Shown: positions 1 through 9,686, counted from the first letter of the stretch. The stretch is DNA of 64,000 bases from Bdellovibrionota bacterium (GCA_041739995.1 JBGSMV010000015.1:1-64000); one strand, 5' to 3'. The notes: generated by a model not told the origin, from the sequence alone. A program made the numbers and translations.

Positions 1-55
1 AGGAAGGCTTCGTTTTTCATGCGCACGGCACGGTCGCCGCCGCAACGATAGCCTT

Positions 56-83
56 ACTACTCCATACGGAAGGAGCCCGTAGT
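56..83 (+). promoter_or_regulatory. Putative CsrA-binding hairpin over the SD and start codon of the csrA-like gene
   Basis: CTCC(60-63)-ATACGGAA-GGAG(72-75) stem-loop with ACGGA in the loop. ACTAC(56-60)/GTAGT(79-83) can form a lower stem. Confidence 0.4.
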
Positions 84-465
84 GCTTGTACTGACAAGGA
101 AGGTCGCAGAGAAGGTGGTGATCGATCTCATTGGTCATCACCTGTTCGTGGTGGAGGTGCTCGCGATTGAGTCATCAGGGGTAAAGCTCGGACTCAGCGA
201 AGCGGACTATGTGGCGGATCTTAAGAGCGCGGTGGAAGCGCCCAAGTGGCGGATGGAGGTCTCGCTCGGATTGTTCCAGGAGACCTCTGTCAAGATGGCG
301 GACACACGGACGTTCGTGGTTCGTCTCACGGATCTTCGTTCGGACAGGGCTCGTCTTGGGTTCACAGAGCGCAACGCCGCAGAGGAAGACGTCGACGAGA
401 CCGACATAATGCGGTTCGAGCTCTTCGTCCAGAACCTCTCTGAAGCGGTTGATGCGCATCAATAA
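82..465 (+). CDS. csrA: CsrA/RsmA-like RNA-binding protein, apparently two fused CsrA-like halves
   Basis: N-terminus MLVLTRKVAEKVVI..VVEVLAIESSGVKLG..EAPK matches CsrA beta1-beta4. Second half FVVRLTDLRSDRARLGF...IMRFELF resembles beta3-beta5 (VHREEIY). SD AGGAG precedes the GTG start. Confidence 0.6.
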   Translation: MLVLTRKVAEKVVIDLIGHHLFVVEVLAIESSGVKLGLSEADYVADLKSAVEAPKWRMEVSLGLFQETSVKMADTRTFVVRLTDLRSDRARLGFTERNAAEEDVDETDIMRFELFVQNLSEAVDAHQ

Positions 466-487
466 CACGACGCACGAACCTGCCACG

Positions 488-565
488 CCGGCCCCGCGAG
501 CTCTTAGGGTAATGAGGCACTCGTCACATGACGATTGTCACTAGACCCAAGAGCTCGCGGGTCGG
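488..565. other. Long stem-loop downstream of the csrA-like gene
   Basis: Perfect 13-bp inverted repeat CCCGCGAGCTCTT(493-505)/AAGAGCTCGCGGG(549-561), extended by GGGT/ACCC, with an inner TCGTCA/TGACGA dyad. Confidence 0.6.
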
Positions 566-752
566 TTGGTTGGGGAGACGTTGGACGGGAAGGTATTGAG
601 AGGGTCATTCAAAACAAGGATTTGATTTCGGTTCATTCTCGAGACAGCCTCAGCCTCTAGATTTTGCTTTGGATTGCTTCTTCTAACCTGGCTTCCCGCT
701 TTGGTAGTCCTCTCGAAGAGGTAGTCAGTCTCAGCAAAATCTATCTGGATCC

Positions 753-1472
753 CTAATTACCAGCGGTAGTCCATTCTTCTGGCGGAAGACATCTATTGTG
801 AACTCTAACAACCCTTGCGAGTGATTTTCCAAAATCCTCGTTCATTCCTGCTACAGTTTTGAGTGCGTCAGAAGCGAATGGAACATTTGGACGAAATAAT
901 AGTAGCACGCCCAGAACCTCGCCATTTGCGACTAGCGGAGCAATCACTACATGCTTGTCTTCAAACAATTCGGATTCTCGCCCAAAAAACCTATCCAAAT
1001 CACCCGTATTCGCATTCAAAGAGAGGAAGCAATTAGCTCGGACCTCTCCCTCATTAAACGCACTCTCAATCGGCCTTCCAATATAATCTGCCACACGATC
1101 AAAGGAATCTTCGGCAACCTCTCTCGGGAAATCGACATTTACAAAGGCACTGAGTGAATAATCTTCGGCGACTGTCGGCAAATAAACAGCGCAATTCGAT
1201 GGACCGACCGCCGCAAGTGCGGACTCTAAAAATATTCGTAGGCTCGCCTCTATTTCGAGGGTCTCCGCTAGCCTCGCTCGATTTTGGGAAACTGCGGTTG
1301 CTTCTGGAACCGCGCGCGTTGGCGACGGGGCGCTCACGTTGCAATCCGGTCGTGCGGGAAAATTTGCCGCTGCCAGATTCGCCGCTGCCAGATTCACGGA
1401 CGGTGGATCTATGCGGTCTGCAATCCGGCGTAAGATTGACGAAACAACTGATTTAAAGCCAAACATCTGCAT
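753..1472 (-). CDS. GAF-domain protein
   Basis: GPSNCAVYLP...HVVIAPLVANGEVLGVLLLFR...FASDAL is a typical GAF C-terminal pattern. Confidence 0.65.
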   Translation of the reverse strand: MQMFGFKSVVSSILRRIADRIDPPSVNLAAANLAAANFPARPDCNVSAPSPTRAVPEATAVSQNRARLAETLEIEASLRIFLESALAAVGPSNCAVYLPTVAEDYSLSAFVNVDFPREVAEDSFDRVADYIGRPIESAFNEGEVRANCFLSLNANTGDLDRFFGRESELFEDKHVVIAPLVANGEVLGVLLLFRPNVPFASDALKTVAGMNEDFGKSLARVVRVHNRCLPPEEWTTAGN

Positions 1473-1633
1473 TCATCCGCGAAAGGGGATGGGCATTCTA
1501 AGGGCAAGCTATCTACTAATCAACTCGCTATGAAATCTCCATACTTTGAAGCTAGAGAAAACCTATTGCAGAAACTGGCACGCTTGTGAGCTTCGATGAG
1601 AACTCCTCTCGTGAGTGAAAATATCCCAGAGTA

Positions 1634-2047
1634 TCAGCGCGTCTGCGAGTGAATGACCGCAAGACACGCATCCATAACCACCGCAATACCCGCTGCTTCT
1701 GCCCTCTGAGCGGACGCCTGATGCACGACTCCTTCTTGCATCCAGATCAAATCAATCGCTGCGTGCTCAATGGCATCATCAACAATCGGAAAAACTTTTT
1801 CCGATGCTCGAAAGATATCGACAATATCGATCTTCGTTGAAACAGGGACTTTAAGCAGAGAGGGGTAACACTTCTGCCCTTCCCAGTCGCTAAGATTTGG
1901 GTTGATTGCAATCACCTCATAAAAGCGTTGCAAGTACTTAGCGACCCCGTAGCTCGCTCGATCCGGGTTGTTTGAAATTCCCACAACAGCCACGGTTTTA
2001 GCGCGACGAAGGATGTCCTCAACTTGTCTGTTCAGGCTCGACACCAT
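1634..2047 (-). CDS. CoA-binding protein (YccU family)
   Basis: TVAVVGISNNPDRASYGVAKYL, DIVDIFR, IWMQEG, VVMDAC motifs. Confidence 0.9.
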   Translation of the reverse strand: MVSSLNRQVEDILRRAKTVAVVGISNNPDRASYGVAKYLQRFYEVIAINPNLSDWEGQKCYPSLLKVPVSTKIDIVDIFRASEKVFPIVDDAIEHAAIDLIWMQEGVVHQASAQRAEAAGIAVVMDACLAVIHSQTR

Positions 2048-4103
2048 CTTGCGTTATCTCCTCTTCCATTCCATACGCCTGCACCTCAGCCAACGACCAG
2101 TCAAACACAGAATCCTCTCCCGTCTGCACAAAGCGTACGAAGGTCAGTTGCTTCTGAGGAAACGAGAACAGGAATCGAGAGTCATGCTCATTATAGTAGC
2201 GCACCGCTTCCCAATTGGCTGAAGGAAGAAACACCTCTACTGTGCCATCGGTTCGGCCAAATTCAATCTGTAAGCCTCGCGGGAAGTCATGCGGCCATTT
2301 TCCAAAGTCAAACGCGATCGCATTCACTTGCCTTGGTTCGTTGAAGGTAATTCGAAACTCCTGCCCTGGATGTTGAGGCTCGCCGGTTCCCCAACGCGAC
2401 TCCAAGTTCTGGTCTACCGCCAAGCCTGGGTCCATTGAGGTATTGCTCGAACTAGCCACAAAGTTCTCCGCGGAAACGAGCCTGCCAGGCTCAATGTTCC
2501 GTTTCACGCCCCACAGCACTTGGTACCCGGAGAGGCTAGCAGTTTCATAGGACAACCCCAGCGCCTTCAATGCACGCTCTACCAACTCTCCTTGTGCCGG
2601 CACCAACACCAGCGGCATCTGACCTCTATCAAGCAGCTTGGCCTCAGCAGCGTACTCAGGAATTCTCTCGTGATAGGGCTCATGAAACGGGACAAAACGA
2701 GTTTTCTCCTGGGTCTCAAAAGCTACCCTGTATCCAATCCAATAATTAGTGCGAATCCATGGCACATTGGTCGACTCCAACCATGCCAACAATGCAGAGT
2801 GGTCTTTCTCCACGCGCTGCCCGTTGTACACATGCGGCTCGCCCGGCAATGCGCGTCCATTCCAATAACTCGATAGAAGATGCAGACCGAGAAACAGGGT
2901 CAGCATCGAAAACGCGAACCAACGCGCGTAGCCATACCAATGCTCGATGAGGAATCCGAGCAACACAAATAGTCCCACATAGACGGGAAGCAAATAGCGC
3001 GGAGCCTCAAACAACCACCCATAAGAACTGAGTGCGAAAGTGCACAAGGAGCCCAATACAAACAGCGAAAACAGCTCAACTGGTCTGCCGGCATCTACTT
3101 TAAGCGCTGCCAGTGCCACTACGTTTCGAAGGCGCGCCACCACATAACTCAACACTGCGATGCCTAAGAGTACGTAAGCGAACAATGAGGCGTGAGGGAT
3201 AATATCCTCATGCTGCCAAAATCGCTTCGCGCCAAGCAGCATCGGTATGGCAATCGTGAAAAGTCCTTCGATATGCGCTGACAGATCTTTAGTTCCCGCA
3301 GGGGAGAACATCCCGAATGAAGCAAAGTCGTTCGACAGATTATACATCCAAAACGGCAGGCCCCCGGCGAGGAACGCGGCCAGCCCCACTCCCCCATGCT
3401 GCACGACTTGCCGCACCCGAACGATTAGCGGCTCCCTCAAGTAAGTGGACGGACCTTGCAGCAGGGCCGCAGTCATCATGAATCCAATCGGAAGCATGAA
3501 GAACACCACCTGGTTGTTGGTCCACCACCCAAGCCCCAACAAGAATCCAATCAGCGCTGTCTGGGAGAGCTCTCTCTGTTCGCTTTTTAGCCATCGCGCC
3601 GTAAACAAAAGCGCAAGCGCCCCGAGCACAATGACTTCAATAAAGCCACCACGCGCCTTTGCGCTCCATACCACCAGTCCCGTTGGGGGCACTGCCATCA
3701 GCAGAGCTGCCGCAAGGGCACCAAGCCGCCCACTAATTGTTCGCGCAATCAGATAGACCAGCGGTACCATCCAAATGCTAAACATGAGCGGTATCGAAAC
3801 GAGAGCACCGGACGAGGGGCCCCAAATTCGAAAGAGTGCGGCAACAAGTAATGGCTCAAGCGAGCCCATGTAATGTTGTCCGTAGTAGAAGGCCGGCCAA
3901 GCTGAACCCTGACTTATGTGCATGGCCATCAGCCCCACAATGGCCTCGTCAGCATCAATCACAAAGTTATTTGCGATTAAGAAATCAAGCCGGAGCCCAA
4001 GAGCAAGGGCCATCATCAGCGCCAGTAAAACAAAGGCTCTCTCACGTGAGCACCACTCCCGTGACGCTCGAAATCCTCCGGGACTAAAGCGCTCAGCACT
4101 CAT
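2019..4103 (-). CDS. GT-C (ArnT/PMT-like) membrane glycosyltransferase with C-terminal F5/8 type C (discoidin) domain
   Basis: DADEAIVGLMA, FYYGQHYMGSLE, many TM helices, PRY motif, C-terminal AVDQNLESRWGT...WSLAEVQAY. ATG 4103 overlaps the upstream TGA, so it is preferred over the ORF-track start at 4193. Confidence 0.75.
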   Translation of the reverse strand: MSAERFSPGGFRASREWCSRERAFVLLALMMALALGLRLDFLIANNFVIDADEAIVGLMAMHISQGSAWPAFYYGQHYMGSLEPLLVAALFRIWGPSSGALVSIPLMFSIWMVPLVYLIARTISGRLGALAAALLMAVPPTGLVVWSAKARGGFIEVIVLGALALLFTARWLKSEQRELSQTALIGFLLGLGWWTNNQVVFFMLPIGFMMTAALLQGPSTYLREPLIVRVRQVVQHGGVGLAAFLAGGLPFWMYNLSNDFASFGMFSPAGTKDLSAHIEGLFTIAIPMLLGAKRFWQHEDIIPHASLFAYVLLGIAVLSYVVARLRNVVALAALKVDAGRPVELFSLFVLGSLCTFALSSYGWLFEAPRYLLPVYVGLFVLLGFLIEHWYGYARWFAFSMLTLFLGLHLLSSYWNGRALPGEPHVYNGQRVEKDHSALLAWLESTNVPWIRTNYWIGYRVAFETQEKTRFVPFHEPYHERIPEYAAEAKLLDRGQMPLVLVPAQGELVERALKALGLSYETASLSGYQVLWGVKRNIEPGRLVSAENFVASSSNTSMDPGLAVDQNLESRWGTGEPQHPGQEFRITFNEPRQVNAIAFDFGKWPHDFPRGLQIEFGRTDGTVEVFLPSANWEAVRYYNEHDSRFLFSFPQKQLTFVRFVQTGEDSVFDWSLAEVQAYGMEEEITQDGVEPEQTS

Positions 4104-5506
4104 TGGCGGAGTGCCCCTTTCTTGTGGTGGGCGAGCCCCTGATCGACGAGGCGTTGGTAGGCATGCACCGTGGCTTCTCCCGTTTTCTCCCAAGTAAAAA
4201 GCTTGGCTCTTTCGCGTCCCTCAGCCTTGAGACGTGCCGCCAGTTCAGAGCGAGTGAGTATTTCCGTGAGGCTCTTTATCGCTTGTCTCTCATCGGTGGG
4301 ACTAAACAACAGCGCAGCTTCCCCCAACACCTCAGGCATCGCGGAAGTGTCAGAGCTCGCCACCGGAAGCCCCGCCGCCATGGCTTCCAGCGGTGGCAGC
4401 CCAAAACCCTCATACAGACTCGGAAAGAAAAATACAGCGCTCTCTCGATAAAGAGCGCGTAGATCTTTGTCGCCGACAAATCCACTCAACACCACATCAG
4501 CAGACATGCCAAGCTCTGAGATCGTTGCTTGCAGTCGAGGGAACTCCTTTTCGCCCTGAATATTGCCGGCCATGACCAGTAGTGGAGGACGACCATGTTT
4601 TTCTTCAGCCCAAGCCTTTCGCACTTCCGAAAAACTTTTCACTAGAAATGAAATATTCTTTCTCGGGTCTATGCCGCCAACATACAGCACGATCGGCCTA
4701 TCCTGGTCGTCAGGCGTAATTGATATCCGCTCTTTCAGTGTGCGAACACTGGCAGGATCATGCGCGGAGTCAGAGCTGTCTTCAGAAAATGAAGACGGAT
4801 TGACTCCAAGCGGGGTGATAACCAATCGATCCCACGGCACACCCAATATTCGGTGAACATCGCGCGCAGTATGCGCACTAATGCAGAGCACTACAGAGGC
4901 ATTTCGAATTGCGGACAGCTCAAGCCATCTTGCGAACTTAAAGCGCAATCCTGCCTGCGAGGCCTTATAGAGATCGGCACATACCAAAGGGATAAGGTCG
5001 AGCACGGTGATGGCATAGCGCGAAAGCCCCCATGAGGGAGCATCCATGTGAGCGGGGAAATGAACCACGTCAAGCGCCCTCGGCGCTTGACTACCCACCA
5101 CGGTGCCAAGTGCTGAGGCTAGCTGATAGGGGTACAGTACTTGCTGGCGAAGGGTGGCTTTAAGAACAGGTGCGCGCTCTATCATCGCCGCAGCACCCCG
5201 AAGCACCGCACTCCCCTTTTCGCGAAGCGAGCTATGACTGAAGGTCGCAACTTCAAAGTCACGCACGATCTCTTGAAAGCTCGGTCCTTCGAAGTAGCGA
5301 ATCAGCTCTCTTACGTATCTGCCTATACCGCGCTGAGCGTGCGCTTTGAAACTCGGGTCAATTCCACTGACGTCAAGGCCTACGACTGCGGCTCGCGCAC
5401 TCGCGAGATCTCGAATCACCGTATTGACTCCCAATGATTTGTCACCAAGATGTGCGCGAAAGCTCGCATCCGACTTTCCCTCTGTCCCCGAATCCGCGAT
5501 TTCCAC
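4100..5506 (-). CDS. Glycosyltransferase family 4 (GT-B)
   Basis: GIGRY, LYVGGIDPRKN, FPSLYEGFGLPPLEAMAAG. Confidence 0.9.
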   Translation of the reverse strand: MEIADSGTEGKSDASFRAHLGDKSLGVNTVIRDLASARAAVVGLDVSGIDPSFKAHAQRGIGRYVRELIRYFEGPSFQEIVRDFEVATFSHSSLREKGSAVLRGAAAMIERAPVLKATLRQQVLYPYQLASALGTVVGSQAPRALDVVHFPAHMDAPSWGLSRYAITVLDLIPLVCADLYKASQAGLRFKFARWLELSAIRNASVVLCISAHTARDVHRILGVPWDRLVITPLGVNPSSFSEDSSDSAHDPASVRTLKERISITPDDQDRPIVLYVGGIDPRKNISFLVKSFSEVRKAWAEEKHGRPPLLVMAGNIQGEKEFPRLQATISELGMSADVVLSGFVGDKDLRALYRESAVFFFPSLYEGFGLPPLEAMAAGLPVASSDTSAMPEVLGEAALLFSPTDERQAIKSLTEILTRSELAARLKAEGRERAKLFTWEKTGEATVHAYQRLVDQGLAHHKKGALRQ

Positions 5507-5535
5507 TATTGTTCACTCAATTTTGATTGACCGGC

Positions 5536-6675
5536 TTAGACGCGAGCGCCCGCGCAACAACTTTTCTCAACTTGCTCAGCACACACCACCGGATGAACGG
5601 TCGACTCGCCCTCTAATTGAAACAGTTGTTGGACGTGCCTCGAGAAATGATCGAACGACAATGACTGCACACGCGCCTTACCCGCCGCGACAAGCGAGGC
5701 TTTGAGAGCCTGATTTCGGCAAACCTCCATAATAAGTTCAGCGAGTTCCGCATGCCTTTTTTCGGAGACCAACACACCAGCACCACCAAGCGTATCGGGA
5801 ACAGCAGAGGACGCATACGCAACTACTGGCAGGCCAAAGTGCATAGCCTCCACCAACGGCAAGCAAAATCCTTCGTGCTCACTCATACACACATATGCCG
5901 AGCAACCTTCATACAAGGCACGTACTTCAGAGTCGGCCATTGAACCCACGAAGCGAATCGCTTGATCAACTTCTAGTTCGCGAGCCAGGCGCTTGAGCGA
6001 AAAGGAGTACAACTCGGTATCAATATCGATTCCTACCAGCCACAACGTACTATTGCGCTCTACATGATAGTGCAGGAAATAAAATGCCTTGATAATATCC
6101 TCAACGCATTTGTTCGGCGCGAGCCGACCCACATGTAGCAAGTTGATGCCCGAGTCAGCTTTAAGCAGAGCAGAAATTCCCGCATTGGCAGGCTCGCTCC
6201 AGCGCACCGGATCAATGGGCAACTCAAGAACAGTGGCGTTAGCCCCAAAGGCTCTTAGTTCACCAGCATTAAATGGCGAATCGGCGAGCAAGCGGTCACT
6301 TACTCTACAGAGCTCGGGAAGCTCAACCAGACCACTCTCAATTTCAGAGGCAATTCGTGGATTAACATTCTCAAACCACCTCGACGGCGTCAGATTGTGA
6401 TAAATGAGCGTCCGGACCGAGGCCTGTAACCCGGCGTACAGAGAATTCAGGGGAGACCCAAGCGAGTAGTGCAACACCACCTCGCCGGCAAAATCTTTCG
6501 GAAATTCTTGGTAACGATGCGCAAGGTCTTTGTATCGAGGATGCACATTAATAGCGAAAATCTCGCTTTCAGCCCCATGTGCACGCAAACAGCGCTGCAG
6601 CGCAAGCGCCTCTCCAGAGATAGCGTCTCCGTAGCTTAGCGTGTGGAGCAGCTGATGTATTTTCCTGGTCGCCAT
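5536..6675 (-). CDS. Glycosyltransferase family 4 (GT-B)
   Basis: YGDAIS, YHNLTP, VGRLAPNK, SEHEGFCLPLVEAM. Start 6675 (ATG) or 6696. Confidence 0.9.
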   Translation of the reverse strand: MATRKIHQLLHTLSYGDAISGEALALQRCLRAHGAESEIFAINVHPRYKDLAHRYQEFPKDFAGEVVLHYSLGSPLNSLYAGLQASVRTLIYHNLTPSRWFENVNPRIASEIESGLVELPELCRVSDRLLADSPFNAGELRAFGANATVLELPIDPVRWSEPANAGISALLKADSGINLLHVGRLAPNKCVEDIIKAFYFLHYHVERNSTLWLVGIDIDTELYSFSLKRLARELEVDQAIRFVGSMADSEVRALYEGCSAYVCMSEHEGFCLPLVEAMHFGLPVVAYASSAVPDTLGGAGVLVSEKRHAELAELIMEVCRNQALKASLVAAGKARVQSLSFDHFSRHVQQLFQLEGESTVHPVVCAEQVEKSCCAGARV

Positions 6676-6699
6676 TCTATTCCTGTCCTCACACACGCT

Positions 6700-7485
6700 C
6701 TAGAGCAATTCTGCAAAGCTTTCACGATACTGTTGAAACACCATTCCTCCTGCGACAAGACAAATCGCAGTGGTCAAACCAAACATCATCACCGACAGCA
6801 GGTTTGGGACAACGCCCTCAAGTAAGACCTGATGATAGAAAAGGGTCAGAACTGAGAACGGATTCAAATGCAATAACGGTTGGAATCGCTCAGGCACCAC
6901 ATGTGCCGGATAAAGAATCGGGCAAAGAAAGAACAGGAAGGTCAACGCATTCCCCACAATATGTTGAACATCACGGAAAAGAACATTGAGGGAACCGAGA
7001 ACCAGGGACAGCCCGAACATTAATAGAGCTTGCCCCACCACAATCAACGGCAAAAAAACTACCGTCCAGGGAATAGGGAGATCGTTGGCTACTATGAATA
7101 TGAATAACAACGGTAGCGAAAGCACATAGTTTATCATGCCTGTTACCACAGCAACGGCAGGGAGAATCTGTGGCGGAAACATCGATTTGGTTATTAAATG
7201 CCCACCACTTGCGATCGACGCAGTGCCTTCAAGTAGCGCACTGGTAACCCACAGCCAAGGCAATAGCCCACAGAACAAGAACACCGTGTAGTGCTCTACT
7301 TCGTTAAAACGAATGTAGTAACGAAACACCAACACGTAGACCAGCATCAAGCAAAGCGGGTTTAAGAAAGTCCATAGAAATCCTAAAGCCGAGCCTCGAT
7401 ACCGAATCGAAAGGTGCCGCACGACTAGCGCCCAGAGCAGAACTCGATACTTGTACAACTGCGAGGCGGCGGAGATGAGGTTCAT
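6700..7485 (-). CDS. wzm: ABC-2 polysaccharide export permease (Wzm)
   Basis: RYRGSALGFLWTFLNPL, FRDVQHIV, PILYP, LNPF; about six TM helices; coupled to the ATPase gene. Confidence 0.9.
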   Translation of the reverse strand: MNLISAASQLYKYRVLLWALVVRHLSIRYRGSALGFLWTFLNPLCLMLVYVLVFRYYIRFNEVEHYTVFLFCGLLPWLWVTSALLEGTASIASGGHLITKSMFPPQILPAVAVVTGMINYVLSLPLLFIFIVANDLPIPWTVVFLPLIVVGQALLMFGLSLVLGSLNVLFRDVQHIVGNALTFLFFLCPILYPAHVVPERFQPLLHLNPFSVLTLFYHQVLLEGVVPNLLSVMMFGLTTAICLVAGGMVFQQYRESFAELL

Positions 7486-8912
7486 AGCGTTCCACCTCGC
7501 TGCTCACTATGTTTTTCATCAAGCTTGGGTGACCCCGCTGGCTCTCCCACGACGTTCTCCCAAAGCCACTCGCGTTTGGGGAGATACATACCTACCTGCC
7601 CGCCTGCGGATCTCACTGCAAAATGCAGAGCGCCCTGCTGATAGTCATACGGATATCCATCATCTCGATGAACGGCAATGTCCAAACGGTAACTACCGTC
7701 AAGTAGATCAAGGCGTGCCACTCGAAACTCCACCGCTCCACGTTTTGGGGCAAGCGGGACAACCACTTCATCGAGAGTGGTGTTCGTTCCAAACACAAGC
7801 ACCCCGTCGCTTCTAGTGATCGCTATGCCAAAGGCCACACGCGAAGTATCGATGGCTGAAGCATCGTTCACACGGTACTGAGCCCGCACCCTCAATCCAT
7901 CACTGGGATGAAATACTCGATGCTCTTCTGCGCCGCCGCTTAAAAGCACTGCGCTCTCGATCTCGACCTCTCTGCTACCCCAACGCGCCGACTGAGTATT
8001 CTCTTCAGAGCATCCCCGGCTCTCACCATTAGTATGTGGCCCGCCCCCTACCGCAACGAGGTCCATGGATCCCCTCTCCTCTTCCGCGACTCGATCGCTG
8101 CGCAGCAACTCTTGCTCTTCGCCTTTTTCAATGTGCTCTCTGTAGTGATCGATGACACGTCGAGGATTCCCACGGTCTGCAACCTTACCCTTGTTTAACC
8201 AGACCACTTCATCACACCAACGCTCGACAGCGTCTAGATCATGACTGACCAGCAGCAGGGTACGGCCTTCGCGGCGAATTTGGGCAATGCGATCTTTGCA
8301 TTTTGCGGTAAATGCGGCGTCTCCTACCGCAAGGACTTCGTCGATTATAAGAATATCTGGCTCAGTGTGAATCGCCAGGCTAAAGCCAAGCCGCATAAAC
8401 ATTCCAGAAGAATAAGTCCTGACCGGATCGTCAATCACTTCTTCAAGTTCAGCGAACTCGACAATATCTGAGAAACGCGCTTCGAGCTGCTTCTTAGATA
8501 ATCCGTGCAGCACCCCGCCAAGCATCAAGTTTTCACGTCCGGTAAAATCTGGGTGAAAACCAGCCCCCAGTTCAATCAACGCCGCGATACGTCCGTTAAC
8601 CTGGACCGTGCCGCGATCTGCCTTATAGATTCCAGTTATAAGTTTCAACAGAGTAGATTTGCCGGAACCGTTGCGTCCGATAATTCCAAGGGAGCTTCCA
8701 CGTGGCACCCGAATGGTAAGATCATCAATGGCATGCGTGAGCACATGCGGCGACGTCTCCCGGCTTGATTTTCCGCTGACCCATTTCGCTGCGCTCGACA
8801 ATCCACCAAGCAGGGCGGATTTGATGGTACTGTACCCGGCTCGCGCGAGCGTCTTACGTCGAAAGCTCTTCGAGAGCCCAACGATATCAAGAGAGTACTC
8901 AACTAAGGCCAC
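7482..8912 (-). CDS. wzt: Polysaccharide export ABC ATPase with Wzt_C domain (Wzt)
   Basis: GRNGSGKST, YSSGM signature, IIDEVLAVGD, C-terminal Ig-like region starting RWGSREVEI. Confidence 0.9.
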   Translation of the reverse strand: MALVEYSLDIVGLSKSFRRKTLARAGYSTIKSALLGGLSSAAKWVSGKSSRETSPHVLTHAIDDLTIRVPRGSSLGIIGRNGSGKSTLLKLITGIYKADRGTVQVNGRIAALIELGAGFHPDFTGRENLMLGGVLHGLSKKQLEARFSDIVEFAELEEVIDDPVRTYSSGMFMRLGFSLAIHTEPDILIIDEVLAVGDAAFTAKCKDRIAQIRREGRTLLLVSHDLDAVERWCDEVVWLNKGKVADRGNPRRVIDHYREHIEKGEEQELLRSDRVAEEERGSMDLVAVGGGPHTNGESRGCSEENTQSARWGSREVEIESAVLLSGGAEEHRVFHPSDGLRVRAQYRVNDASAIDTSRVAFGIAITRSDGVLVFGTNTTLDEVVVPLAPKRGAVEFRVARLDLLDGSYRLDIAVHRDDGYPYDYQQGALHFAVRSAGGQVGMYLPKREWLWENVVGEPAGSPKLDEKHSEQRGGTL

Positions 8913-8940
8913 AACGATGCTATCCTAAAATGACACATAC

Positions 8941-9068
8941 TAAGGAACCTATGAACAACTCGTGTTTCTATCTTCGTGCGCTTTGTGGTCTTCGCGGGGT
9001 AATAAAATTTAGACCAATTTCTAGAGTTTGTTTGCACCACTAAGATTTAGTTTTTCAGAGTTTCCTTA
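8941..9068. mobile_element. MITE-like element, copy 1
   Basis: Terminal IR TAAGGAACCTATGAA/TTCAGAGTTTCCTTA (13/15). Near-identical second copy at 62731-62866. Confidence 0.65.
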
Positions 9069-9107
9069 AATCGTCAGAGACTGATCCGACGTGCCCTCAA
9101 ACAAGTA

Positions 9108-9686
9108 CTACCGCTGCGTAATGACGTGCACCCCTGAAAGGTTTCTCCAACGCTCACTATCATCCATTCCATATCCGACCAGCCACTCGTTTCCAGGATA
9201 GGTAAAACCCACCCAGTCAGGAGCATACTGTTGCTCTGGAAGTTCTCGTCGCACGAGCACGGCGGTGCGCACTTCTTGCGCTCCGGCAGCTCGAAGCTCC
9301 TTTGCGAGAAAGGCAAGACTTCGTCCTGAATCACAGATGTCATCCACCACCAGCACCGCCCTTCCCCGAGCCGGAACCGATGCTATATCGACCCCTACCG
9401 TTGCAAGTTCGTCCGGCTTGAGACTTCCCTCGGGGACAAGCTGCTCATAGGCCCAAGTGCGAGCGGGAGCGATCTCTACTGAGCTAGAAATGCGACGGAC
9501 GAGATCCGCATAGAAAAAGATCCCGCCCCGTAAGACGGGGATTGTAAGAACATCAGTGTGTGACGCGTCCCATACCTGCTTGGTCCATTTGCTGATCTCA
9601 GCGCCGAGCTCCTGGACCCGTCCCTCTATCTGCTCCGCGCTATACAGACACCGAAGGTGCATGGGTAAGGTCGATTCGGTTGTCAT
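9108..9686 (-). CDS. hpt: Hypoxanthine phosphoribosyltransferase-like
   Basis: VLRGGIFFYADL, VLVVDDICDSGRSL PRPP loop, WLVGYGMD..RWRNL. Confidence 0.8.
   Translation of the reverse strand: MTTESTLPMHLRCLYSAEQIEGRVQELGAEISKWTKQVWDASHTDVLTIPVLRGGIFFYADLVRRISSSVEIAPARTWAYEQLVPEGSLKPDELATVGVDIASVPARGRAVLVVDDICDSGRSLAFLAKELRAAGAQEVRTAVLVRRELPEQQYAPDWVGFTYPGNEWLVGYGMDDSERWRNLSGVHVITQR

Noticed and set aside
4104..4193. N-terminal extension of the GT-C ORF
   Set aside because: It overlaps the upstream GT4 gene; the ATGA-coupled start at 4103 is more plausible.
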